Shown: piece by piece, positions 17,201 to 26,835 of the stretch
Position numbering within the stretch: the stretch's first letter is position 1
Layout of the letters: every line of letters begins with the position of its first letter
Assembly: GCA_965215195.1 (NCBI GenBank)
Contig: CBDCDC010000002.1
Coordinates: 3,456,001 to 3,520,000, forward strand
Direction of reading: 5' to 3'
Length of the DNA: 64,000 nucleotides
DNA from: Candidatus Latescibacterota bacterium
Lineage (GTDB): Bacteria > Latescibacterota > UBA2968 > UBA8231
Notes under the pieces: model-generated
What the model saw: the letters and a program-made list of their open reading frames with translations, nothing else
What the model was told of the DNA's origin: nothing
Databases searched by the model: none
Position numbers and translations under genes: made by a program

Positions 17201-20164
17201 CTAGTCCACAGCCGCCTTCTCTGCGGCGGCCTCATAGTGCTCTTTGAGCAAGTCGTCAAGGGCCTTAGAGGTATTCAAATAATTGGACCATCCATAAGGC
17301 GCGATGTCAAAGCGCCGATCCCCCAACAGCGGGTCAGCACCCCGCGCCAAGAGCAACTGAGCCATCTCTACCTGATCGGCCATGACGGTTTTGTGCAGGG
17401 GCGTACTACCGCGGTCGTAGCGGTTAAACCCACCGGCAAACCCGTTGATGTCCGCGCCGCGATCCAGCAAAAACTCCGCCGCTTCCAATGCGCCGCAATA
17501 GGCCGCAAAATTGAGCGCTTCCACCACGATCTGCTCGGCGGTGAACACGGTGTCGGGATCCGGGTGGTAGAGGTGGCCGATCCCCTCTTTTAGCTGACCT
17601 TCAGAGTCGAAGAACTCGGCCATCAGGTCAACGCGGTTGACGCCCGCGGCAAAGCGCAAATCCACATCCGCTCCCTCAGCGACCAACATCCGCGCCAGAT
17701 CTAGATCCCTTTCCCTCAGCGCGTTCCATAAAATTTGCCCCCGGTTGCGGTTCACATCTACGCCATTGGTCACTAGGAGTTGGAGCATTTCGGGCTTGCT
17801 CTCGGCCCATTCGAGCTGATCGCTTTCTATGAACAGATCCAGTACGCTGATTGAGTCGTACGTAGCGGCGTTGGGGTCGGCACCTGCTGAGATCAGGGCA
17901 GCGGCCAGTTCGACCGCATTTTCGGGCAGTGGCACTCGTTGCGGCTCGCCAGCTAGGTGGTGCAAGAGCGTCGCGCCGCGAAAGTATGGGTATTCGTAGT
18001 ATTCGTCGAAATAGCCGCGTGCTGTCGCTAGAGCGGGGTACTCAGCGAGCAGGTTCTGTAGCGTCTCGCGGTCACCGGCGTCCATGGCTTTTACGGCCTC
18101 GTAAAAGGCTTTGTGGTCGGCGTCGCTGCGGCCGCGTCCTTGGGGCGGCAGTTCTTCTCTCTCGTGCGGAATGGCCAACGCCACTAGCTCGGGCGGGCGC
18201 CCGGACCTGCCTTGAGAGTTGCCCAGCGGCACGACCACGTACTGGCGACCCCCGGCCGTATAGCTCATCGGCGCGCCATAGGCGTTGCTGGGCAATTCGA
18301 CGCGGCCGATCTCCTCGCCCGACGCCAAATCGTACGCCCGCAGGTACGCGTCGCGATCGACGAAGTAATCCCTGCCGGCGTCGGCTAGGTCGTGCGGGTC
18401 CTGCGAAGTGGCCAACAGGAGATTCGGCGTGGCCAAGACGAAGGTGCGGTTGTCCCAGCCCATATCCGGCAAGTCGAGCCCTTTGAGCGCCGGGTGATTG
18501 ACCGGTCCTTTGCCCACTGCGGTCCGCCACAGATGCTCGCCGCTGTTGAGGTCAATCGCCGTGATGCTGCCGTAGGGAGGCTTGACCAGCGGCAGGCCCC
18601 GAGGACCGCGGATGTGCCGGCCGGCGCGGGCAGAAAACGCCGAATAGGCATCTAGGTCGCGCACCGGCCGCAGCTCCACGTTGGTGATGGCCATGTGCGA
18701 CGGCACGTACAGCACACCCATGCGCGGATCCGCCGCGCCTCCCGCCCAATCAGCACCGCCGACTTGGCCGGGAACCGACAAAACGCCCTTCTCGGTCGGC
18801 GGCGTATAGAGCGGGCCGTAGTCGTATTCGGCGAGAATGGCCTTGGCTTCCTCGCGCAACTCAGGCGTAAAGTCGATCAGGTCGTCTTCGCTGATGCCTT
18901 GGTGCTCAAAGGGAGCCGGTTTGGTCGGAAAGGGCTGCGTCGGCGAGGTCTTTTCGCCTAGAACTTGCGATTGCGGAACTGGCTTTTCTTCGATTGGCCA
19001 GATCGGCTCACCGGTCACGCGGTCAAAGACAAAGCAAAACGCCTGTTTGGTTAGCTGGGCGACAATTTTGCGCTCTTGACCATCGACGACCACGTCCAAC
19101 AGCAGGGGAGCGGCCGGCGGGTCGTAGTCCCACAGGCCGTGATGGACCAACTGATAGTGCCAGACCCGCTCGCCCGTGGCGGCCTTCACACAGACCACCG
19201 ACTCGCTGAACAGGTTGTCGCCGGGGCGCTCGCCGCCGTAGTAGTCGTGGCTGGCCGTGCTCACCGGCAGGTAGAGATAGCCCAACTCCTCGTCGGCTGT
19301 CATCGTAGCCCAGACATTGGCGGCACCGTATCGTTTCCACGCATCGCTTTCCCACGTCTCGTTGCCGTATTCGCCTTCCTGTGGGATCGTGTGAAATTCC
19401 CACACCTTCTCGCCGGTACGCACGTCGAATGCTTGCACGTCGCCCGGGGGCATGTACTCGGCTGGTGGCCGGCCGCGCACATCCACGATTGCCGAGCCAA
19501 CGGCGACTATGCCGCGACACACCACGGGCGGGGACGTGACTCCGTATCCCCTGCGCTCTCTTTCGCCCAGCGGCCGGCGGAGCAAGGCCCCCAAATCGAC
19601 GCGCCCGGCCGCGCCAAAGTCCGGGTCGGGCAGGCCGGTCTTGGCGTCTATGGAGTACAAATAGGCGGTCGAGGTCGCCAGAAATACCCGCTCAACCTCG
19701 CCATCGGTCCAATAGCTCACCCCGCGAGAATTGCCCACGAAAGAGGAACCGGCCTGCCAAGACTCCGGGTCGAACGCCCACAACTCCTCACCGCTTTGGC
19801 CGTCAATGGCCGAGAGGATGTTGTACGGCGAGCCGTAGTAGAGTACGCCATTGACGGCCAGCGGCGTACCGCGATTGTTGTCGAAGCGGAGGCGAAAACC
19901 ACCGCGCCGCCGATCACCCCGGCCCCGAGCTCGATCTCGGCCGCGGCTAGCTCTAGCTGTCTCGTAGATCTGCTGATCGGGGGGGCGGTAGCGCCAAACC
20001 ACGCGCAACTGATCGAAGTTGTCGCGGTTGATCTGGTCGGCCGGGGTGTAGCGGGTGCCGCCTTGGTCGGCCGCGTAGTACGGCCAATCGACATCGCTGG
20101 CAAACGCCGCCGCAAGCGACAGCGACAACGAGAACGATAAGGCTCGACAGGCGCGTTTATTCAC
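17201..20164 (-). CDS. PQQ-dependent (quinoprotein glucose dehydrogenase-like) dehydrogenase with C-terminal ankyrin repeats, copy A
   Basis: Signal peptide; TPLAVNG, GAANVW, RPGDNLF and WHYQLVHHGLWDYD motifs; ankyrin motifs GATLLH, GADPNA, GADIN, GSTPLH; GTG start at 20164. Confidence 0.9.
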   Translation of the reverse strand: MNKRACRALSFSLSLSLAAAFASDVDWPYYAADQGGTRYTPADQINRDNFDQLRVVWRYRPPDQQIYETARASRGRDRARGRGDRRRGGFRLRFDNNRGTPLAVNGVLYYGSPYNILSAIDGQSGEELWAFDPESWQAGSSFVGNSRGVSYWTDGEVERVFLATSTAYLYSIDAKTGLPDPDFGAAGRVDLGALLRRPLGERERRGYGVTSPPVVCRGIVAVGSAIVDVRGRPPAEYMPPGDVQAFDVRTGEKVWEFHTIPQEGEYGNETWESDAWKRYGAANVWATMTADEELGYLYLPVSTASHDYYGGERPGDNLFSESVVCVKAATGERVWHYQLVHHGLWDYDPPAAPLLLDVVVDGQERKIVAQLTKQAFCFVFDRVTGEPIWPIEEKPVPQSQVLGEKTSPTQPFPTKPAPFEHQGISEDDLIDFTPELREEAKAILAEYDYGPLYTPPTEKGVLSVPGQVGGADWAGGAADPRMGVLYVPSHMAITNVELRPVRDLDAYSAFSARAGRHIRGPRGLPLVKPPYGSITAIDLNSGEHLWRTAVGKGPVNHPALKGLDLPDMGWDNRTFVLATPNLLLATSQDPHDLADAGRDYFVDRDAYLRAYDLASGEEIGRVELPSNAYGAPMSYTAGGRQYVVVPLGNSQGRSGRPPELVALAIPHEREELPPQGRGRSDADHKAFYEAVKAMDAGDRETLQNLLAEYPALATARGYFDEYYEYPYFRGATLLHHLAGEPQRVPLPENAVELAAALISAGADPNAATYDSISVLDLFIESDQLEWAESKPEMLQLLVTNGVDVNRNRGQILWNALRERDLDLARMLVAEGADVDLRFAAGVNRVDLMAEFFDSEGQLKEGIGHLYHPDPDTVFTAEQIVVEALNFAAYCGALEAAEFLLDRGADINGFAGGFNRYDRGSTPLHKTVMADQVEMAQLLLARGADPLLGDRRFDIAPYGWSNYLNTSKALDDLLKEHYEAAAEKAAVD

Positions 20165-20172
20165 TGGATTGC

Positions 20173-20287
20173 CCCTTTTCCGTGCGTGATGCGGCTTCGA
20201 GGGCCTTGTAGTTCGGATCGAGGGCGTCCCGCCCTCCCAAGACAACACCCTTTTCCGTGCTTGATGCGGCTTCGAGGGCCTTGTAGT
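20173..20287. repeat. Two 40-bp direct repeats (75-bp period)
   Basis: CCCTTTTCCGTGC(G/T)TGATGCGGCTTCGAGGGCCTTGTAGT at 20173-20212 and 20248-20287, one mismatch. Confidence 0.85.
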
Positions 20288-20383
20288 AGTAGCCGCCCAG
20301 GCGTAGGGTATCTCGCCCCAGCGGGCATCGCTAATAGTCGTGGCTGCGCCCTTTGCTAGCAAATAGCGAGTCAGCTCGGTGCC
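20288..20383 (-). pseudogene. Relic of the last ankyrin repeat of the 23298-24005 paralog
   Basis: ELTRYLLAKGAATTISDARWGEIPYAWA here versus ELIRYLLERGAATTIGDVRWGGTPYDWA at 23385-23470. Confidence 0.8.
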
Positions 20384-23305
20384 CTAGTCCGCAGCCGCCT
20401 TCTCTGCGGCAGCCTCATAGTGCTCTTCGAGCAGCTCGTCGAGGGCCTTCGAGGTATCTAAGTAGTTGGTCCACCCATAGGGCGTGGTGTCATAGGCCCG
20501 GTCCCCCACGAGCGAATTCGCGCCCCGCGCCAAGAGCAACTGGGCCATCTCTAGCTGGTTGGCCATGACGGTTTTGTGTAGAGGCGTACTGCCGTGGTCG
20601 TAACGATGAAACTCACCGGCAAAGCCGTCGATATCCGCACCGCGATCCAGCAAGAATTCCGCCGCTTCCAACGCGCCGCTATACGCCGCAAAGTTGAGCG
20701 CTTCCACCACAATCTGCTCGGCGGTGAGCACGGTGTCCGGGTTGGGATGATACAGGTGGCTGGTTCCCTCTTTTAGCTGACCTTCAGAGTCGAAGAATTC
20801 GGCCATCAGGTCGACGCGATTGACTCCAGCGGCAAAGCGCAAATCCACGGCCGCACCCGCTTTGACCAACGTGTGGGCTAGCTCCAAGTCTGCCTCGATA
20901 AGCGCGTCCCACATCACTCGGCCTCGGTTGCGATTTAAGTCCACGCCCGCCGAGACCAAGAGCTGGACCATGTCGGCCTTGCTCCCGGCCCAATTGAGCT
21001 GGGCACTGCTTATCACCAAGTCCAGCACGGCGACCGAGTCGCGAGTGGCGGCGTTGGGGTCGGCACCTGCCGAGAGCAGGGCAGCGGCTAGTTCAACCGC
21101 GTTTTCGGGCAGCGGCGCTCGTTGCGGCTCGCCAGCTAAGTGGTGCAAGAGCGTGGCCCCGCGAAAGTACGGATATTCGTAGTACTCGTCGAAATAGCCG
21201 TGCGCCCCAACCAACTCGGGGTATTCGGCGAGCAATTTCTGAAGGACTTCGACATCGCCGGCGTCAATGGCCTCCACGGCCTTGTAAAAGGCCCGGTGGT
21301 CGGCGTCGCCGCGGTCTTGGCCTTGGGGCGGCAGTTTCTCGCCCTCGTGTGGAATGGCCAAGGCGACCAATTCGGGCGGGCGTCCTGATTCGCCTAAATA
21401 GTTGCCTAGCGGCACGATCACGTATTGGCGTCCGCCGGCCACATAGCTCATCGGCGCACCGTAAGCGTTGCTGGGTAGCTCGACGCGGCCAATCTCCTCG
21501 CCCGACGCCAGCTCGTACGCCCGCAGGTACGCGTCGCGATCGACGAAGTAATCCTCGCCGGCCTCGGCCAAGCCGTGCGGGTCCTGCGAGGTGGCTAACA
21601 GGAGGTTCGGCGTGGCTAAGACAAAGGTGCGGTTGTCCCAGCCCATATCCGGCAAGGCGAGCCCTTTGAGCGCCGGGTGATTGACCGGCCCTTTGCCGAC
21701 CGTCGTCCGCCACAGGTGTTCACCGCTGTTGAGGTCAATCGCCGTGATGCTGCCGTAGGGAGGCTTGACCAGCGGCAGGCCCCGAGGGCCGACGACGTGC
21801 ATATTGTTGGTGGCAGAAAAAGCCGAATGGGCCTCCGGGTCATCTACTTGATGCAGCCGCACGGTGGTGATGGCCATGTGCGACGGCACGTAGAGTACGC
21901 CGGTGCGCGGATCCGCCGCGCCCCCGGCCCAGTCGGCACCGCCCCATTGGCCGGGAACCGATAAGACGCCCTTCTCGGTCGGCGGCGCGTAGAGCGGGCC
22001 GTAGTCGTATTCGGCGAGAATGGCCTTGGCTTCCTCGCGCAACTCGGGCGTAAAGTCGATCAGATCGTCTTCGCTAATGCCTTGGCGCTCAAAGGGAGCC
22101 GGTTTGGTCGGAAAGGGCTGGGTCGGGGCCGTCTTTTCGACTTGCGACTGGGGCACCGGCCTTTCGACGATTGGCCAGATCGGCTCGCCGGTTATGCGGT
22201 CCAAAACAAAGCAAAACGCCTGTTTGGTTAGCTGGGCGGCGATCTTGCGCTCTTGGCCATCGACGACCACGTCCAACAGCAGGGGAGCGGCCGGCGGGTC
22301 GTAGTCCCACAGGCCGTGATGGACGAGCTGATAGTGCCAGATCCGCTCGCCGGTGGCCGCCTTCACACAGACCACCGACTCGCTAAAGAGGTTGTCGCCG
22401 GGGCGCTCGCCGCCGTAGTAGTCGTGGCTGGCCGTGCTCACCGGCAGGTAGAAGTACCCCAGTTCCTCGTCGGCTGTCATCGTAGCCCAGACATTGGCGG
22501 CTCCGTATCGTTTCCACGCATCGCTTTCCCACGTCTCGTTGCCGTACTCGCCCTCCTGTGGGATCGTGTGGAATTCCCACACCTTCTCGCCGGTACGCAC
22601 GTCGAAGGCCTGCACGTCGCCGGGAGGGGTGTACTCGGGTGGCGGCCTGAAGCGCCAGTCGCCCATGGCCGAGCCAACGGCGACCACGCCGCGGCAGACC
22701 ACGGGCGGGGACGTGACTCCGTAGTTCCAGCGATCCTCTTCGCCCAGCGGCCGACGCAACAAGGCCCCCAAATCGACGCGCCCGGCCTCGCCGAAGTCCG
22801 GGTCGGGCAGGCCGGTCTTGGCGTCTATGGAGTACAAATAGGCGGTCGAGGTCGCCAGAAATACCCGCTCAACCTCGCCATCGGTCCAATAGCTCACCCC
22901 GCGCAAATTGCCCAAGAAGCGGAAATTCATCTGCCAAGCCTGCGGGTCAAAGGTCCACAGTTCCTCGCCGCTTTGGCCATTGAGCGCCACGAGAATGTTG
23001 AAGGGCGAGGCATAGTAGAGCACGCCATTCACGGCAAGCGGTGTGCCGCGGTTGTTGTCGAAGCGGAGATTGCGCCCCACCGGGTTGGGGCCAGCCATCT
23101 CGTAGATCTGCTGATCGGGGGGGCGGTAGCGCCAGATCACGCGCAACTGATCGAAGTTGTCGCGAGCGATTTGGTCGGCCGGGGTGTAGCGGGTGCCGCC
23201 TTGGTCGGCCGCGTAGTACGGCCAATCGACATCGCTGGCAAACGCCGCGAGCGCGAGCGAAAGCGACAATAAGATCGACAAGGCCCGACAGGCGCGTCTA
23301 TTCAT
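20384..23305 (-). CDS. PQQ-dependent dehydrogenase with C-terminal ankyrin repeats, copy B
   Basis: Same architecture as copy A with long identical stretches; ATG at 23305 after a GAGGAG RBS. Confidence 0.9.
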   Translation of the reverse strand: MNRRACRALSILLSLSLALAAFASDVDWPYYAADQGGTRYTPADQIARDNFDQLRVIWRYRPPDQQIYEMAGPNPVGRNLRFDNNRGTPLAVNGVLYYASPFNILVALNGQSGEELWTFDPQAWQMNFRFLGNLRGVSYWTDGEVERVFLATSTAYLYSIDAKTGLPDPDFGEAGRVDLGALLRRPLGEEDRWNYGVTSPPVVCRGVVAVGSAMGDWRFRPPPEYTPPGDVQAFDVRTGEKVWEFHTIPQEGEYGNETWESDAWKRYGAANVWATMTADEELGYFYLPVSTASHDYYGGERPGDNLFSESVVCVKAATGERIWHYQLVHHGLWDYDPPAAPLLLDVVVDGQERKIAAQLTKQAFCFVLDRITGEPIWPIVERPVPQSQVEKTAPTQPFPTKPAPFERQGISEDDLIDFTPELREEAKAILAEYDYGPLYAPPTEKGVLSVPGQWGGADWAGGAADPRTGVLYVPSHMAITTVRLHQVDDPEAHSAFSATNNMHVVGPRGLPLVKPPYGSITAIDLNSGEHLWRTTVGKGPVNHPALKGLALPDMGWDNRTFVLATPNLLLATSQDPHGLAEAGEDYFVDRDAYLRAYELASGEEIGRVELPSNAYGAPMSYVAGGRQYVIVPLGNYLGESGRPPELVALAIPHEGEKLPPQGQDRGDADHRAFYKAVEAIDAGDVEVLQKLLAEYPELVGAHGYFDEYYEYPYFRGATLLHHLAGEPQRAPLPENAVELAAALLSAGADPNAATRDSVAVLDLVISSAQLNWAGSKADMVQLLVSAGVDLNRNRGRVMWDALIEADLELAHTLVKAGAAVDLRFAAGVNRVDLMAEFFDSEGQLKEGTSHLYHPNPDTVLTAEQIVVEALNFAAYSGALEAAEFLLDRGADIDGFAGEFHRYDHGSTPLHKTVMANQLEMAQLLLARGANSLVGDRAYDTTPYGWTNYLDTSKALDELLEEHYEAAAEKAAAD

Positions 23306-24005
23306 TGGAATTCTCCTCTTCCGCGTTTGATGCTGCGTCGTGTGCGCCGAGGGCCTTGCGCATAGCGTCGTTGCCGTAGTAGCCCGCCCAGTCGTAGGGC
23401 GTCCCGCCCCAGCGCACATCGCCAATGGTCGTAGCCGCGCCCCTTTCGAGCAAGTAGCGAATTAGCTCGACGTCTTCGGTATCGACGGCCTTGTGCAGGG
23501 CCGTACTGCCGCTGTCGCCAAAGGCTGGGTCGGGCCGGCCGGTCTCGGCGTCAAGCGAGTAGAGATAGCCATCGGTCGTGCCGAAGAGTACGCGCTTGGC
23601 CCTGCCTTCTTCCCAATAGGCCACGCCGCGGTGGGTGCTGGAAAACCAGCCATCGAGGCGCCAAGATTCAGGATCGAACTTCCACAGCTCCTCGCCGGTG
23701 GCTGCGTTGAGCGCCGCGACGATGCCAAAGGGCGAACTGACGTAGAGTACGCCATTGATGACGACCGGCGTACTGCGGTAGTAGTTTCGATCGACATCGT
23801 GCTCGGCGAGAATTTCCGCCTCGGGGGGCCGCCAGCGCCAGATGATGCACAGGTCGGCGAAATTGTCGCGGTTGATCTGAGCGAGCGGGGCGTACTTGCT
23901 GCTGCCCGCGTCGCCGTAATAGCGCCAGTCGGTCGGCTGGGATGGGGTGGCGGAGTGGAGCAGTAAAAAGAAAAATAAACTAACGGGAAAACCGGTCTGT
24001 CTCAC
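23298..24005 (-). CDS. Internally deleted PQQ-dehydrogenase/ankyrin paralog (possible pseudogene)
   Basis: The N-terminal PQQ-propeller part (DWRYYGD..ETGRPDPAFG) is joined in frame to a terminal ankyrin (GSTALHKAV). Confidence 0.75.
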   Translation of the reverse strand: MRQTGFPVSLFFFLLLHSATPSQPTDWRYYGDAGSSKYAPLAQINRDNFADLCIIWRWRPPEAEILAEHDVDRNYYRSTPVVINGVLYVSSPFGIVAALNAATGEELWKFDPESWRLDGWFSSTHRGVAYWEEGRAKRVLFGTTDGYLYSLDAETGRPDPAFGDSGSTALHKAVDTEDVELIRYLLERGAATTIGDVRWGGTPYDWAGYYGNDAMRKALGAHDAASNAEEENSNE

Positions 24006-24040
24006 GCACTCTTCTCTTATTAACCAATGGTGCTAGTGAG

Positions 24041-24069
24041 TTGACCGTGGTCAAGGTAGTTCCTACGCT
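24041..24069 (+). promoter_or_regulatory. Putative transposase promoter inside the IS left end (present in all three copies)
   Basis: TTGACC, 17-bp spacer, TACGCT. The -35 element is half of the palindrome TTGACC-GT-GGTCAA. Confidence 0.5.
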
Positions 24070-24103
24070 GAGGGTATCCCCCCTTTCAGCGAAGGAGCGT
24101 CCC

Positions 24104-24889
24104 ATGACCACGGCCGAGTTTATAATAGCCCTGTTCTGTCGAATCGACCACCAGATGGGCGATGTGCCCAAACACCCCCAAGCCGCCTTATATCCCAGCG
24201 AAACGGTGACCCTGGCGGTTCTATATGCGCTCAAAGGGGACGGCAAACGGGCGTTTTATCGCTGGGTAGCGCGCGATTGGCGCGCCTTTTTCCCGCGCCT
24301 GCCCGAACGCACCCGCTTGTTCCGCCTGTTTGTCGCCCATGCGGACTGGACCGATCGCTTTCGAGCGGACCCCACCCCCTTAGGCGTGATCGATAGCTAT
24401 GGCATCGAGTTGATCCATCCAGTACGCGAAGGCCGCTCCGCTCACCCTATCGGCCAGAAAGGGTTGTCCAATCACCGCTGGATCGTCGGCGGCAAGCTGG
24501 GCTTGATCGTCAACCAGTGGGGCTTGATCGTCGATTGGGATTGTAACACGGCCAATGTCCACGATTCGGTCTTTCACCCGATGATTGGTCGCTACGAAGA
24601 GCAGATGATCCTCCTCAGCGACCAAGGCTTTCATGCCAAAGAAGGTGATCCGGCTAATCTGAAAGTGTGTCCCCGCAAAACCTGGGGCGACCGGATGGTC
24701 ATCGAGACCGTCTTTTCGATGCTGACCCGCATCGGCCGGTTCAAGCGACAGACCCATCGAGCTTGGGCCTACTTTAGAGCGCATCTGAGCGCGGCCATGG
24801 CCGCCTTTAACCTGCTGGCACAGTGGCATGGATTGCAACCGGATGAAAATGGATTCGTCCCGTTGTCCATCGCGGAATTTAGCTTGTAG
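24104..24889 (+). CDS. DDE transposase, IS982-like
   Basis: Intact 261-aa ORF with several substitutions relative to copies 1 and 3. Confidence 0.9.
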   Translation: MTTAEFIIALFCRIDHQMGDVPKHPQAALYPSETVTLAVLYALKGDGKRAFYRWVARDWRAFFPRLPERTRLFRLFVAHADWTDRFRADPTPLGVIDSYGIELIHPVREGRSAHPIGQKGLSNHRWIVGGKLGLIVNQWGLIVDWDCNTANVHDSVFHPMIGRYEEQMILLSDQGFHAKEGDPANLKVCPRKTWGDRMVIETVFSMLTRIGRFKRQTHRAWAYFRAHLSAAMAAFNLLAQWHGLQPDENGFVPLSIAEFSL

Positions 24890-25146
24890 CCCACTAGCAC
24901 CATTGGTTATTAGCTAAGGTCCTAAGCGAAAGAAGAGGTGGCGTTAAACAGTGTCAACAAGGGCGCGACGAACTTTGATAGCTGTCCTAGCGGAGCTACA
25001 TTAGACGAGGAGTTCCAGTCTAAAAATCAGTTATAGTCAACGTGCGACTAAAACGGCCTCCCCGCATATCGCAAATTTACCTGCTATATCGAGCCTTGGC
25101 CTAGCCACACAAGCGAGAGCTCTTGGAGCAAATCCGCGTTACCCCT

Positions 25147-25890
25147 TCAGCGGTACTGGTCCAAATTCCCCTTGTACTCCAACCCCAGCACCTCCCTCCC
25201 CCGCGCCGTATTGCAGGTGGTGTCGGCCTCGGGCATGCCGACCACGTGCAATACGTCGAACTTCACTTCGTCCCGTTCCAAGGCCAGCCGGCAGGCTTCG
25301 GCCAAATCGTGGCGGCAGACCAAGCCGTTGCGGATGTTTTGCAGTGGTTCCCGGTATTTGCCGATCCCCAAGCGCGAATCCACGATATAGTCGGGCCGCA
25401 ACACCACGATAGGCAGCCCAAAGGCTTCGTGGAACTGGCGGCACATTTCCTCCTGTAACCGCTTGCACACCGCGTACAGGCTGCCGTCGGGTCGCCGCAC
25501 TTCCGAAGAGAAAAAAATTCCTTCGGGATGCACGGTCTGGCACGAGCCGATGTGTACTACTTTGCGGACGCCCTGCTCTTGGGCCACTTGCAGGACATTC
25601 CACAGGCCCTTGAGGTTGATGAGGAAGGGCTTGTCGTCGTTGGGGTCACCGGCGAAATAGACCGCCGTGTGAATGACGCAATCCACGCCGCTGATGGCCC
25701 GCTCCACTGCGCGGTAATCGGCTATATCGCCGTGAACTACTTCGCCGCCGTTCCAATCGCCATCTATGTCGCGCCCAGCCTCCCAAGCTTGGGGGCCGTA
25801 GTCAAAGGCGCGGATGTCGTGTTTGCCAGCCAAGTTTTGCAAGACGGCGCGGCCCAGCCAACCGGCCGCGCCGAAGACCACTGTTTTCAT
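25147..25890 (-). CDS. NAD-dependent epimerase/dehydratase (extended SDR, uronate-dehydrogenase-like)
   Basis: GAAGWLG Rossmann motif, GDIAD and YAVCK catalytic motif. Confidence 0.85.
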   Translation of the reverse strand: MKTVVFGAAGWLGRAVLQNLAGKHDIRAFDYGPQAWEAGRDIDGDWNGGEVVHGDIADYRAVERAISGVDCVIHTAVYFAGDPNDDKPFLINLKGLWNVLQVAQEQGVRKVVHIGSCQTVHPEGIFFSSEVRRPDGSLYAVCKRLQEEMCRQFHEAFGLPIVVLRPDYIVDSRLGIGKYREPLQNIRNGLVCRHDLAEACRLALERDEVKFDVLHVVGMPEADTTCNTARGREVLGLEYKGNLDQYR

Positions 25891-25977
25891 GGGGGATTCC
25901 TTTGGATTTTGCCCGAAGGCCGAGGGACTCCAATAAAGACGTTGAAATGAGCGTAGATGCAAGGCGAGACCGCAGCG

Positions 25978-26064
25978 AATCAAGGCGTCCAAGACGCCCG
26001 CGCCTTCGTGCTCGACAAGCTAGACGATCTCGACGCCGAGTTCTACGAGCCTGAACCTGTCTGA
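25978..26064 (+). pseudogene. C-terminal relic resembling a DUF2164-family protein
   Basis: Reads NQGVQDARAFVLDKLDDLDAEFYEPEPV-stop; the N-terminal part of the family protein is not present upstream. Confidence 0.5.
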
Positions 26065-26079
26065 GGAGAAGTCCGAAAA

Positions 26080-26835
26080 TCACCGCCGCTCATAGCGGTC
26101 GGCGCGGCAGCGACCCAACAGCCCCGGGCACAAGCGGCGGAAATCCTCGGGCATGCGTTCGTACGTCTCCGGCCACAGCGGTTGGTGGCCTCCTTCAATC
26201 CAGTTGTTAAACCAAGGCGGGTAATACGCGATATTCAGCCCTATCCGCACGTCCTCGCTCTGATTGGCCCGAGCTTGGTGCAAAAGCCCCCCGTGCCATA
26301 GCATCACAGAACCAGCGCGGCCTTCCACGGGCTTGATCAACGGGCTATCCGCACCCATATCGGGTGGCGGGCCGGGCCGCCGCGACCGGTGGCTCATGGG
26401 CACGACGCCGGTGGCCCCGTTGGCCGCGGTAAAATCCGTGAGCATCCAGATGCTGTTGATCATCCACGGCACATCGGGCACTTGGGCAAACGCGCCCGCA
26501 GAATCGGCGTGTAAATTCTGAGCGGGTGCCCCGGGCCAAGTCGGCTTGGAGCATGCTTCGACAACGCGGCAGCCCGGCCCCAAAAAGTGCCGCGCAAGGG
26601 CCACGGGGTCCGGGTGGAAGGCGCAGGTCCAAACCTCGTCGTCTTGGTTGAGCATGCCGAACAAGGTCTGGTAGTACTCGTCTCCCGAGATATAGTCTTG
26701 GCAGCGCACGTCGCTGTGTAGCGCTAGACAGCGGCGGCCCAGCGCCAAGGCGGCCTCGCGGGGCATGCGGTCTTTTAGCACGCAGTACCCATACGCGTCT
26801 AGATGCTCGGCCGCGGTGTGCAATTCTTCGTTCAC
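26080..26835 (-). CDS. Phytanoyl-CoA dioxygenase (PhyH) family protein
   Basis: GYCVL, LHAD, NGATGVVPMSH, LLHQA and distal Arg motifs. Confidence 0.9.
   Translation of the reverse strand: MNEELHTAAEHLDAYGYCVLKDRMPREAALALGRRCLALHSDVRCQDYISGDEYYQTLFGMLNQDDEVWTCAFHPDPVALARHFLGPGCRVVEACSKPTWPGAPAQNLHADSAGAFAQVPDVPWMINSIWMLTDFTAANGATGVVPMSHRSRRPGPPPDMGADSPLIKPVEGRAGSVMLWHGGLLHQARANQSEDVRIGLNIAYYPPWFNNWIEGGHQPLWPETYERMPEDFRRLCPGLLGRCRADRYERR

Larger units (their letters stand above)
24023..24907 (+). mobile_element. IS982-like insertion sequence, copy 2 (885 bp, diverged)
   Basis: Same 16-bp inverted repeats; TATTA duplicated at 24018-24022 and 24908-24912. Confidence 0.93.

Noticed and set aside
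20173-20287. CRISPR-like geometry (40-bp repeat, 35-bp spacer)
   Set aside because: Only two units, no cas genes, and both the repeat and the spacer resemble the 3' end of the 23298-24005 gene.
19076-23272. Long plus-strand ORFs (354 and 339 aa) and similar antisense ORFs such as 42572-43786 and 36957-37823
   Set aside because: They are shadow frames of well-supported genes in GC-rich DNA and carry no recognisable motifs.
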